DNA from: Thermoplasmata archaeon
Lineage (GTDB): Archaea > Thermoplasmatota > E2 > UBA202 > JdFR-43
Assembly (NCBI GenBank): GCA_021162065.1
Contig: JAGGZK010000049.1
Coordinates: 11,952 to 75,951 of the forward strand
DNA length: 64,000 nt
Direction: 5' to 3'
In this document: piece by piece, positions 50,318-59,082 of the stretch
Layout: each line of letters begins with the position of its first letter
How positions within the stretch are numbered: position 1 is the stretch's first letter
Position numbers and translations under genes: made by a program
The notes under the pieces: model-generated
Told to the model about the DNA's origin: nothing
The model's input: the letters and a program-made list of their open reading frames with translations, nothing else
Database searches by the model: none

Positions 50318-51564
50318 GCATTAAGGAGATAACAAAAATAGAGGGACATGCCAATCTTAGTGTAGAACTGGAAGATGACAAAATCAGGCGTGTGATATTT
50401 GGTGTTCACGAGGGTTCACGATACTTTGAAGCATTTATGAAAGGGAAAAATTACATGTATATCCATGAGCTGGCAGGTAAAGTGTGTGGGATATGCACCG
50501 TAGCCCATGAACTTGCAAGCATAAAAGCTGTAGAAAATGCCTTGGAGATTGAAGTTCCAGAAAATGTAGAGAGAATAAGAGAGATGATGCTCATAAGCTC
50601 CCACATCCAGAGCCACATTCTCCACCTCTACTTTCTTGCCCTCCCTGATTATGTAAATGCCGAGAGTGCAATAGAGATGGCTGAAAGAGATTATGACCTT
50701 GTCAAAAAGGCATTTCGCATAAAGGAGGCGACAAATTACATGACAGCACTGCTTGGGGGAAGGGAAGTGCAACCCTGCACTCTGGTTCCAGGAGGATTCA
50801 GTAAAAGAATAACCAAGGATGTGATAGAAAGATACATAAAAAAAATGAAAGAAATATATCCCCTTCTGGTGGAAACGGCTGAACTGTTTTCATCTCTCGA
50901 ATACCCACACTTCGAAAGAAAGAGCGATTATGTATCGCTTTACGATGGAAAAAGCATACCTCTCTATAATGGAAAAATAAAAACTCTTCATATGGAATTT
51001 GAAGGCGAGGAATATGAAAAGCATTTTGAGGAATATGTGGTGAATTACTCCTCTGCCAAGAGATCGTTAGTTGGAGGGAGGGATTACATGGTGGGCGCCC
51101 TCGCCAGATTGAATATAAATCCATATCTTAGGGAAGAGGCGAAGGATATCGCCCTCTCCTATTCCATTAAATTCCCCAGCGATAGAGTTGCCTGGATAAA
51201 TGTTGCCCAAGCCATAGAGAATGTGCATTACGCCATAGAAGCCATGGAAATAGCAGATAATGTTAAGGAATATGAGCCGATGCACATTTCTCCCAAAAAT
51301 ATTGATGGAGAAGGAATATCTGCTATTGAAGCGCCCAGAGGATTGCTGATTCACCATTACAAATTTAAGAATGGCAAATGCACCTATGCAAATATAATAA
51401 CTCCCACTGCCATGAATACAGAGAACATCGAAAGGAATCTGGAGGAATACCTTAAAGATATTGCAGGAGAAAGTGACGAAGTCATAAAAAAGGAAGCTGA
51501 GAAGATAATACGGGCTTATGACCCCTGTATTTCCTGTTCTGTACATGTGATCAGGACAAAATAG
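50299..51564 (+). CDS. hydA: NiFe hydrogenase large (alpha) subunit, group 3b-like
   Basis: N-terminal 'KIEGHANL', 'AGKVCGICTVAH' (CxxC Ni ligands), and C-terminal 'DPCISCSVHVI' (DPCxxCxxH). Confidence 0.85.
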   Translation: MAKRRISIKEITKIEGHANLSVELEDDKIRRVIFGVHEGSRYFEAFMKGKNYMYIHELAGKVCGICTVAHELASIKAVENALEIEVPENVERIREMMLISSHIQSHILHLYFLALPDYVNAESAIEMAERDYDLVKKAFRIKEATNYMTALLGGREVQPCTLVPGGFSKRITKDVIERYIKKMKEIYPLLVETAELFSSLEYPHFERKSDYVSLYDGKSIPLYNGKIKTLHMEFEGEEYEKHFEEYVVNYSSAKRSLVGGRDYMVGALARLNINPYLREEAKDIALSYSIKFPSDRVAWINVAQAIENVHYAIEAMEIADNVKEYEPMHISPKNIDGEGISAIEAPRGLLIHHYKFKNGKCTYANIITPTAMNTENIERNLEEYLKDIAGESDEVIKKEAEKIIRAYDPCISCSVHVIRTK

Positions 51565-51683
51565 TTCAGCCCTTCCTTTCCTCCTCACCCCCAAAAATTG
51601 ATAATGAAATCCACGCATGCAATAATCTCATCAAGCGAAACTATTATAGGCACAAAGAATATAACGTATTAAGAGGGATAAAA

Positions 51684-54353
51684 ATGGACAGGAAAAAACT
51701 GGCTATAATGGTTGTATTGGCTCTCTCCCTGCCTATTTTGAGCGGATGTGTGGAAAAATTTAATGAGGTGAGCGGTTTTGATATGGGCACCATAGACGGC
51801 ATAGAGTCAGAAAGAAATGAGGATGCAGTTCCTGTGGTGGTGAGTGAGGAAAATCCCTTCTACGCTCTCATAGCCACCCCCGTGGCTTTATATTATGATG
51901 ACAACGGAAGGCATGTGGAGCCACTCCTCGTGGAAAATTTTGATAATCCATCAAAACCTGTGGAGAGATTCATGGATTTATATCCTGCGCCTTATGAAGA
52001 GATAAGGAGGGGAAGTCCGGAGAATGTTTCCATAGAGATGAGCAGCATATGGAAGAGAAGCGATGCAGCCCTACTTATAGAAAATAATCAGCATGGTTAT
52101 GAGCTCGGAGTGGTGGCAACACCCATAGCCAGCTATCTCAACATACCTGTGTTTGTGACCAACGATACAAACAATGTGAGAAGTGTGTTAAAATCCTTGG
52201 GAGTGAAGTATACATTCGTATGCGGCAATCTCGAGGGGCATGGTCAGACATGGAGATTTGAGAGCGCGGATGAGATAACGGACTTCCTCATAGATTTGGT
52301 GAAGAACAGATTCGGAGGCGTTGACTACATCACCATGACGAATCCGCTGGATGTGACCTCTGTCAACGTTCTTAATGTCACCTCCTATGAATTTGAGAAT
52401 ACCACCGCCTCCGTTGATATACTGCCGGCTCAGACCTTCAACGCCATAATGAATGGCCTCTTCAGTCTGAACTCTTTTGTTATCCCCGAAGATTACAAAT
52501 ATGCCCGCCTCAAGATAGATTTGATAAATGAAAATTCCGAGCACGTGAGTGAGCTGGGCGATGATTTAATTCTTCTGATTTACAGCCCCGATGAGGAAGA
52601 GTATGTGTACACCTCCACCGCCGCCGGCATCCCGGAGGTGGAAAATGGAGATATTGTAACGGATAAGGTGCATTATGAAACGATAATATACAACAAGCCC
52701 GGGAAATATGTGACGGAGGTGCTTGGAAGATGGGTCTCCACACTCAACGGAAAATACAGATTGAAGATAGATGTGGAGGAGGTGGATTCTCCCCTTGAGC
52801 CATTGATGAACAACCTGTCCACCATGGCTCCCTATCTTGCATCATATCATCAGGGCATAGTATTCGCCAAGCCGGAGTTTGCCTTCGCGGGAAATGAGAG
52901 TGTTGGTGTGGAAGGTGTTGTTTATCCATCCACCAATCAGGAACTTGTGGACCCATGCAATGAGCATGTTCTAAAAATCCACGAGCAGCTCAACAACATT
53001 CTGGCGAAGATAGCGGAGATAAATGCAAGCGACACAAAAGCATTATGGGAGCATTACAGAGAGAATCCCATCTACATAGCCATAATGGCAGATCCGACCA
53101 TGGTACCCATGTATTACTACTACAACCCAGATAGCGATAATATAATAGGAGTACAGTTGCCCAGCGACTTCATATATGGAGACATAGATCCCAAACCAAA
53201 CGACATAGAAAATAACTCCTACACCTACTATCCGGAAATGGAGAATGCCGTGGGCAGGGTCACAGGATATGATGCTGAAGACTGCTCCGCCCTCATAGCC
53301 AGAACCGCCTTCTACAACGCCATAATAGACAAATTTGGCAGCTGGAAGAACAATGCGACGGTGCAGACGGGCGCCGGCTTAGAATTCCAGTGGGTCCCGA
53401 TAATTACGCCCCTCACCTCAATGATAACTGGAAGCGAGGAGCCGACGAAATGGCCCAGCGGAGAAAGTTTATTCATAAATCTCCGCCTTTCCCATGATCT
53501 TCAGGAGGCAGGATATAATGTTAGGAGGACTCATTTGCTGGCATCTCAGCGTGAGGGCTTCAAGGATGTGGCGAAATACACATCCCGCCTCAACATTCCG
53601 TTTCCGCACTTCCTGGAGTTCATAAGTGGGGAAAGAGTTGTCAAAGGAGGAGAATATCAGGAGAACAGCAACATCATCTTTGTTTTCAACCATGGAATAT
53701 ACTATCTCTACGAATCTGGAGACGTCCTTCTTGATTCCCGTGGCTTCCCACCCATAACCTGGCTCTCCAGATTTCTTGGACCCCTCGGCATATCGAGCGG
53801 GCTGTCAAGCCATGGAGCATATGCTGTGAGATATGTGGTGAACATGGATATGGGACCGAGCGTCATATTCGTGGAGAGCTGCATTGTGGGAAGAACAGAT
53901 GGACTTATTCCCGAAAACTGTCTCACACAGGCGTATCTACATGCAGGGGTAAATGCCATAGTGGCATCCACCCGTGTGACTGCAGATCCGGGTTATCTTG
54001 AGCCGGGACTGATATTCAAGGGATTCGGAGCAAAGGGATTTGTGAAGGCGCTCTTCAATTTGATCACCAAAGGTGAGTATCCTGACCCACACTTTGGAGC
54101 GGTGGTTGCCAACGACTTCATCCTGGACATAACGCAGAATGATAGCACCGTCGGAATGGCTCTGAGGGATGCAAAGAACATGTATCTCTACAAGGATGCC
54201 AACTCCACATTCCTGTGGACGCCGCCGCTGGAGAATGGATGGACCAATGCAAAATTTGAGGAAGGAAAATTCATGGACAAGAAATATGTGTGCCTGCATG
54301 AGTTCAATCTATATGGGGATCCTGCCTTCAACCCCTACAGCCCGAGTGACTAA
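51684..54353 (+). CDS. Large secreted lipoprotein with C-terminal C25 (gingipain-like) cysteine-peptidase-like domain
   Basis: Signal/lipobox 'LSLPILSGC'. Candidate His 'VFNHGIYY' and Cys 'VIFVESCIVG' spaced as in the caspase-like fold. Paralogous to 55610..57124 in this region. Confidence 0.5.
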   Translation: MDRKKLAIMVVLALSLPILSGCVEKFNEVSGFDMGTIDGIESERNEDAVPVVVSEENPFYALIATPVALYYDDNGRHVEPLLVENFDNPSKPVERFMDLYPAPYEEIRRGSPENVSIEMSSIWKRSDAALLIENNQHGYELGVVATPIASYLNIPVFVTNDTNNVRSVLKSLGVKYTFVCGNLEGHGQTWRFESADEITDFLIDLVKNRFGGVDYITMTNPLDVTSVNVLNVTSYEFENTTASVDILPAQTFNAIMNGLFSLNSFVIPEDYKYARLKIDLINENSEHVSELGDDLILLIYSPDEEEYVYTSTAAGIPEVENGDIVTDKVHYETIIYNKPGKYVTEVLGRWVSTLNGKYRLKIDVEEVDSPLEPLMNNLSTMAPYLASYHQGIVFAKPEFAFAGNESVGVEGVVYPSTNQELVDPCNEHVLKIHEQLNNILAKIAEINASDTKALWEHYRENPIYIAIMADPTMVPMYYYYNPDSDNIIGVQLPSDFIYGDIDPKPNDIENNSYTYYPEMENAVGRVTGYDAEDCSALIARTAFYNAIIDKFGSWKNNATVQTGAGLEFQWVPIITPLTSMITGSEEPTKWPSGESLFINLRLSHDLQEAGYNVRRTHLLASQREGFKDVAKYTSRLNIPFPHFLEFISGERVVKGGEYQENSNIIFVFNHGIYYLYESGDVLLDSRGFPPITWLSRFLGPLGISSGLSSHGAYAVRYVVNMDMGPSVIFVESCIVGRTDGLIPENCLTQAYLHAGVNAIVASTRVTADPGYLEPGLIFKGFGAKGFVKALFNLITKGEYPDPHFGAVVANDFILDITQNDSTVGMALRDAKNMYLYKDANSTFLWTPPLENGWTNAKFEEGKFMDKKYVCLHEFNLYGDPAFNPYSPSD

Positions 54354-55531
54354 CCTCCCTCCTCCCTTTTAATATATCTCCATAGAACTACTGTGGCGAA
54401 GGTGAGTGCAGAAAAAACTGCAGAGAACCCCGGAGATTTTTTATTGTAAACATATATCCGTCTTTCCGCAACGGTATCCCCGTTTCTCACCCGTATAATA
54501 TGTTCCCCATTTCCAAGTTTTTCAGTGTCTATGGCGAAGGACCAGAAAAAGGTTCCATTTGCCCTCTTCCAGGAAGCATTGTCCACCTGCCATTCCACCT
54601 TTCCACCCCCCTCATTCAGTCCCTCCACCTTCACCACACCAGAAACTCTTTCTCCCTCCTTCGGGCAGAATATCACTATCTCCATTTTTGAAGATATATT
54701 CAGGGCATATGGAGAGGATGCGGGACAATGGTCTATGTTATCCCCATAGATTACATATTCCCCGCTTCCATTGTAATCGTCCCAGTAATTCCCTCTTCCG
54801 CCAAAATCCCATCTGTTTTTTTCTCCATACACATAGGCATTCATCTTGTTTTTCATAAAATTATTCATGAAAACATAGTTTTCACTGCTCTTGCAGCACA
54901 TGTGGATGCCCTTCTCATCATTGCCCATTATGCTGTTAAGTTTGATGACATTTTCATAACTTGCCTGTATTTTCATACCTTCCGTATTGTTTTTTATGAT
55001 GTTCCCCGCTATTAAATTCCTGTCGGAATGTTCCAGATACATCCCCCACATGTTTTCGTAGAGTTCATTTTCTTCTACAATATTATCATTTGAAAAATCC
55101 AGGTTTATCCCATAGAACCTATTATCGAATATTTTATTAGAGAGGATGGTGTTGTTATTACCGTCTATCTTCATTCCGTAGGAATTTCCCGCCACCACAC
55201 AATTTTTTATCGTGTTGTTGTCTCCATGAACTTCCATGGCATGATAGGAATTTCTCACTATAAGGTTTTCAAGGGTGACATTGTCTGCATTTATTATTAT
55301 ATCTCCCTCTATCACTCCTCCCTCTCCCCTTAGAGTTATGGATTTGTTTATCTCTGTACCATTGTAAAAACCCTCCTTTATTATTATGATGTCCCCCGGC
55401 GAAGAGGCATCGACCGCGTCCTGAATGCTGGGATAGCCACCATCGCCCACGTAGAGGGTGGAAGCGGAGGAGGATATAAAAAAGATTGAAAGGGCAAAAA
55501 CGGAAAGATATGGAACAAGAATTTTCCTCAT
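54350..55531 (-). CDS. Right-handed parallel beta-helix (NosD/pectate-lyase-like) surface protein with PGF-CTERM archaeosortase sorting signal
   Basis: Signal peptide 'MRKILVPYLSVFALSIFFISSSAS'. Repeated 'N..I..N...G' beta-helix rungs. C-terminus '...SPGFSAVFSALTFATVVLWRYIKREEGG' (PGF + TM + basic tail). Confidence 0.65.
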   Translation of the reverse strand: MRKILVPYLSVFALSIFFISSSASTLYVGDGGYPSIQDAVDASSPGDIIIIKEGFYNGTEINKSITLRGEGGVIEGDIIINADNVTLENLIVRNSYHAMEVHGDNNTIKNCVVAGNSYGMKIDGNNNTILSNKIFDNRFYGINLDFSNDNIVEENELYENMWGMYLEHSDRNLIAGNIIKNNTEGMKIQASYENVIKLNSIMGNDEKGIHMCCKSSENYVFMNNFMKNKMNAYVYGEKNRWDFGGRGNYWDDYNGSGEYVIYGDNIDHCPASSPYALNISSKMEIVIFCPKEGERVSGVVKVEGLNEGGGKVEWQVDNASWKRANGTFFWSFAIDTEKLGNGEHIIRVRNGDTVAERRIYVYNKKSPGFSAVFSALTFATVVLWRYIKREEGG

Positions 55532-55609
55532 GATGATGCATTGCACAGGAGTTTAAAATGTTTCTCCACATCAAAGGTAGTTATTTATATGCCAAAACAT
55601 ATTCTTTCC

Positions 55610-57124
55610 ATGAAATGGCAGGTCAGCGTGGTTATTTTACTGCTGCTTCTATCATCAACCATGGCAGGGATAAATTTTCCTGCAACAAAGGACTTTTCCT
55701 TTACAGAAACTGAAAGAGTTTCGTCTGCGGAAAAGGAAATTCATTGGCTCTCACCAGAACATCCTCCGTGGGAAATGAAGAAGGTGATGGAGAAGGGGGT
55801 TGGTATAGAAAACGGAAGGAGGGTTATGATTTATTATGAGGACGGGAATCTCAAAAGAGAATACCTTCCGGAAAGTGTTGATGTATACGATTTTCTCATA
55901 ATAACTCCTGATGAATGGGCCTCCGAGCTTCAGCCACTCAAGGAGCACAAAGAGAAGCATGGAATAAAGACGATGGTTGTGGGGCTGAATGAAATTTACA
56001 GCGGAAAATACTTTACCCCTGAAGGAAGAGATGATGCGGAGAAGATAAAATACTTTATTAAAAATGCCATAGAGAACTGGGGAGTAAAATACGTCCTGCT
56101 GGTGGGGAGCGTCTACAAAATGCCCATAAGAAACGCCGTGTATAAATGGAGAGGGAGCTATAAAATAGAGACGTTCCTAATGCCCACGGATTTATATTAC
56201 GCAGATATATACAGAATAGAAGGATGCTGCAAGGTCGTCTTTTCCTCATGGGATACCAATGGCAACGGCATCTACGGGGAGGATTGCGAGGAGGGAGTGG
56301 GGGAAAGTGATATAATAGATCTGCATCCCGATGTCTATCTTGGAAGAATTGCCTGTGAGAATAAGAGGGTCGTCAGAAATGTGGTGAAAAAGATAATAGA
56401 TTATGAAAACAACGCCCATGGTTCAGAATGGTTTGATAAATTGATTCTGGTGGGCGGCGACACCTTTCCCGGATGGGGAGTGGTGGAGGGAGAGTTCATG
56501 AATCAACTTGTGGCGGAGATGATGGATGGTTTTGAAGCTTACAGAATATGGGATTCCCTTGGCAATCTCAATGCTTTGGAGATAGAGAAGGCCATGGAGA
56601 GTGGTGCAGGATTTTTGTATTATTCCGGACATGGCTTTCCCTATGGATGGGGCACACATCCAATAAATGGAAGCGATGAGGAATGGGTGGGGAGCTATTT
56701 CACCCCCTACATAATGGCCCTCTTCAACAATCCCCACCTTCCAGTGATTTTCCTGGATGCATGCTCCACGGCCAAACTTGATTTCAACACCTCAGATCTG
56801 GAGGAGGAGGGCATACCTGTACCCTTCGATGCCAAATTCCCATGCTTTGCCTGGTATTTTATAAGGCAACCAACAGGAGGAGGGATAGCGAGTATTGGCT
56901 CCACAAGAGTGGCCTTCACAGGCGTGGATGAAAGCGGACCTCACTGGGGCGCCGGATATCTCGCCTACCAGTTCTTCAAGGCATGGGAAAAAACGAACGT
57001 GCTTGGAGAGATGTTTGTTGAAATGCAGATGAGATACATTGCTGAAAATCCGGGAGATAACTGGACGATGGAGGAATTCATACTGCTCGGTGACCCTACG
57101 CTCAGAATAGGAGGATATGAGTAA
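55610..57124 (+). CDS. Peptidase C25 (gingipain/clostripain-like) family cysteine peptidase, secreted
   Basis: Signal peptide 'MKWQVSVVILLLLLSSTMA'. Catalytic dyad context 'FLYYSGHGFPYGWG' (His) and 'VIFLDACSTAKLD' (Cys). A 'TTTATAT' box sits 20-26 bp upstream of this ATG, consistent with a leaderless start (the ORF track begins earlier at 55541). Confidence 0.6.
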   Translation: MKWQVSVVILLLLLSSTMAGINFPATKDFSFTETERVSSAEKEIHWLSPEHPPWEMKKVMEKGVGIENGRRVMIYYEDGNLKREYLPESVDVYDFLIITPDEWASELQPLKEHKEKHGIKTMVVGLNEIYSGKYFTPEGRDDAEKIKYFIKNAIENWGVKYVLLVGSVYKMPIRNAVYKWRGSYKIETFLMPTDLYYADIYRIEGCCKVVFSSWDTNGNGIYGEDCEEGVGESDIIDLHPDVYLGRIACENKRVVRNVVKKIIDYENNAHGSEWFDKLILVGGDTFPGWGVVEGEFMNQLVAEMMDGFEAYRIWDSLGNLNALEIEKAMESGAGFLYYSGHGFPYGWGTHPINGSDEEWVGSYFTPYIMALFNNPHLPVIFLDACSTAKLDFNTSDLEEEGIPVPFDAKFPCFAWYFIRQPTGGGIASIGSTRVAFTGVDESGPHWGAGYLAYQFFKAWEKTNVLGEMFVEMQMRYIAENPGDNWTMEEFILLGDPTLRIGGYE

Positions 57125-57125
57125 A

Positions 57126-57135
57126 TTTTTATATT
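57126..57135 (+). promoter_or_regulatory. Putative TATA box for tRNA-CAU
   Basis: 'TTTTTATATT' lies ~22-31 bp upstream of the tRNA 5' end. Confidence 0.4.
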
Positions 57136-57156
57136 GAAAATCTATTTTGTTTCGAG

Positions 57157-57230
57157 GGGCCCGTAGCTTAGCCAGGTGGAGCGCCTGGCTCATAACCAGG
57201 TGGTCGCCGGTTCGAATCCGGCCGGGCCCA
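57157..57230 (+). tRNA. tRNA with anticodon CAU (elongator tRNA-Met, or tRNA-Ile2 if C34 is agmatinylated)
   Basis: Acceptor GGGCCCG/CGGGCCC (G1-C72, so not an initiator), anticodon stem CCTGG/CCAGG with loop CTCATAA, T-arm GCCGG-TTCGAAT-CCGGC, discriminator A. Oligo-T (TTTTTT) immediately 3'. An A/T box 'TTTTTATATT' lies ~25 bp upstream. Confidence 0.85.
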
Positions 57231-57237
57231 TTTTTTA
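57231..57237 (+). terminator. Oligo-T terminator after tRNA-CAU
   Basis: 'TTTTTTA' immediately follows the discriminator base; archaeal RNAP terminates at T-runs. Confidence 0.4.
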
Positions 57238-57309
57238 TGAGTAAGGCCTGTATGAGATACTTATAATTTTAGTGAAAGCAGTTTCCTCTATAAGTTATTT
57301 AAATGATTT

Positions 57310-58890
57310 TCAGTCGAATAATTCTTCAACAGCCATCAGATCAATCTTTATATTATCCTCTAATCTTGCTCGATATGCTTCTTCATATGCCCCTTTAGTA
57401 AAGCTAAACGCCACAATAATCCCTTTCAATATTTTCTTAGTGCTGGGATAATATCTTCTTAAAGCTGTTTCGAAATTATCAACAACATTTCTACCAACAT
57501 TTTCTGATTGTTTTACTTGTATGGGAATACCATCCGAAGTTATACCATCTATCCCCATATCAGCGACCTTTTTGTCGCTGGAAACACCGTTTAATGCCTC
57601 AATGATTCTGTCTTGAAAATCTTGCCAATCCATCTCTTTTAATTTACTTTCTGTTAACACGGCTAACTGGCTAAATTTTTTCTCCTTTAGATCATCCAAC
57701 ACTCTTCTTAATCTCTTGGGATAGGAAAGCATTTTCTCCATTTTTAGTTTTAGATCATCACGCTCACGAGAATATTGCTTTATCCCATAATAACCTCCTC
57801 TTTCTCTAAGTTTCTTAATTTTCTTCATTAAATTATTGATTTGACTTTCTATCTTCTTAATCTCCCTTTCTACACTTGTCAAAAGTTTCCTCACATCCTC
57901 TAAAACTCTAGGGTCTCCTATCTCGCCTAATGCTTCAGCGGCAGCAACTTTTACATCCCAATTTCTATCCTTTAACGCCTCTAAAAGCGGTCTAATCGCT
58001 CTTTTATCATGTGATATTCCTAATTTTAATGCTGCATCCGCACGAATATAATCTTTTTTATTTCCTAACCTAGATATTTCCTTTGTTAAATTAATCTGTC
58101 TCTGCATCATGTGTAAGAGGTTTCTTTTACCATATCTTCTAATTTTATTCCATAAATTATCCCCTAGTCTATCTCTTTGTTTTTTGTCAAGAGTCATACC
58201 ATATATTTTTTTTGATTGAGATATGAACTCCTTCTTCACTTCTTCATCAACATTTGTCCAATCATTTTCATACCTATAAACCAAATATAGCACTTTAAAA
58301 AAATTTTTTTTATTTTGTTCACCAGCCATAAATTTTCCAATTCTCTTTATGACGACTTTTTCTGTGACCTTTTTCCATACTATTTTAGCAAACTTATAAT
58401 CAATTTTTATACCATATGCTCTCTCTAAATGACTTATGAACTCTTCCTCTCCCTGTAAAAAGTTACCGTTACAACTTTCTACAATAGAGAAAAGGGGTTC
58501 GATATTATTATTTTTAATATCACATAAAATTTTTTTCTTAATTCTTTCTCTCTTTTCTTTCCTCTTTTTTTCCTTCTCAATCTTTAATTTTTTCCTTTCC
58601 TTTAGAGTCTCTACAATTTTTTCCCAAGCCCAACGTGCATCGTCAGCATCTATTTTGATGTCCCATCTTTGTTTTATATATTTTTTAAATTTATACTCAA
58701 TATATAGCCCCTGAGTTTCAAATGGCTCTAAAGTTCCTTCCATTACGATCTGTTCAAGATCTCCCCATTTCTTATTCTCTATGTCTTGTTTAAAATTATC
58801 AATCTGCTTTTTTAGTTCTTCTTTTCTTCTTGATCTGGAAAGTAGGCCCATCTTACAATCACCACTTTTGTATACTTTGTAGTATATCAT
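57310..58890 (-). CDS. Fusion protein: N-terminal triplicated ~25-aa module + K/E-rich coiled coil + PBS-lyase HEAT-like repeats + C-terminal Mrr-like PD-(D/E)xK restriction-endonuclease domain; encoded on an AT-rich island
   Basis: HEAT-like 'ADAALKLGISHDKRAIRPLLEALKDRNWDVKVAAAEALGEIGDPRV'. Nuclease core 'VADMGIDGITSDGIPIQVKQSE' (D...D-G...Q-V-K, Mrr_cat-like). The gene is markedly AT-richer than its neighbours and lies directly 3' of a tRNA. Confidence 0.5.
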   Translation of the reverse strand: MIYYKVYKSGDCKMGLLSRSRRKEELKKQIDNFKQDIENKKWGDLEQIVMEGTLEPFETQGLYIEYKFKKYIKQRWDIKIDADDARWAWEKIVETLKERKKLKIEKEKKRKEKRERIKKKILCDIKNNNIEPLFSIVESCNGNFLQGEEEFISHLERAYGIKIDYKFAKIVWKKVTEKVVIKRIGKFMAGEQNKKNFFKVLYLVYRYENDWTNVDEEVKKEFISQSKKIYGMTLDKKQRDRLGDNLWNKIRRYGKRNLLHMMQRQINLTKEISRLGNKKDYIRADAALKLGISHDKRAIRPLLEALKDRNWDVKVAAAEALGEIGDPRVLEDVRKLLTSVEREIKKIESQINNLMKKIKKLRERGGYYGIKQYSRERDDLKLKMEKMLSYPKRLRRVLDDLKEKKFSQLAVLTESKLKEMDWQDFQDRIIEALNGVSSDKKVADMGIDGITSDGIPIQVKQSENVGRNVVDNFETALRRYYPSTKKILKGIIVAFSFTKGAYEEAYRARLEDNIKIDLMAVEELFD

Positions 58891-59082
58891 AACATAATTC
58901 TAATATAAACTCATCGATATATTGTATAAAAACCCTCTCTAAAAAATGTTACTATAGTAAGAGTTTGAATAAAAGACCCACATGAGAATAGGAAAATAAA
59001 CATTTGTATGAGAAGGCAGAGGAAAATTATTCTTATCCATAAAATAAGTCTTAGAGAAAATGCCTCGGACTTTCCCTACTTT

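Larger units (their letters stand above)
57231..59082. mobile_element. Putative horizontally acquired islet at the tRNA-CAU 3' end (AT-rich, single cargo gene)
   Basis: Sharp compositional drop between the tRNA (57230) and the normal-GC HD gene (from 59083). No integrase or obvious att duplication visible. Confidence 0.4.

Noticed and set aside
57310-58890. Possibility that the AT-rich islet gene is a transposase/integrase
   Set aside because: No DDE, HUH or tyrosine/serine recombinase motifs. The C-terminal motif fits a PD-(D/E)xK Mrr-type nuclease, with HEAT repeats upstream.
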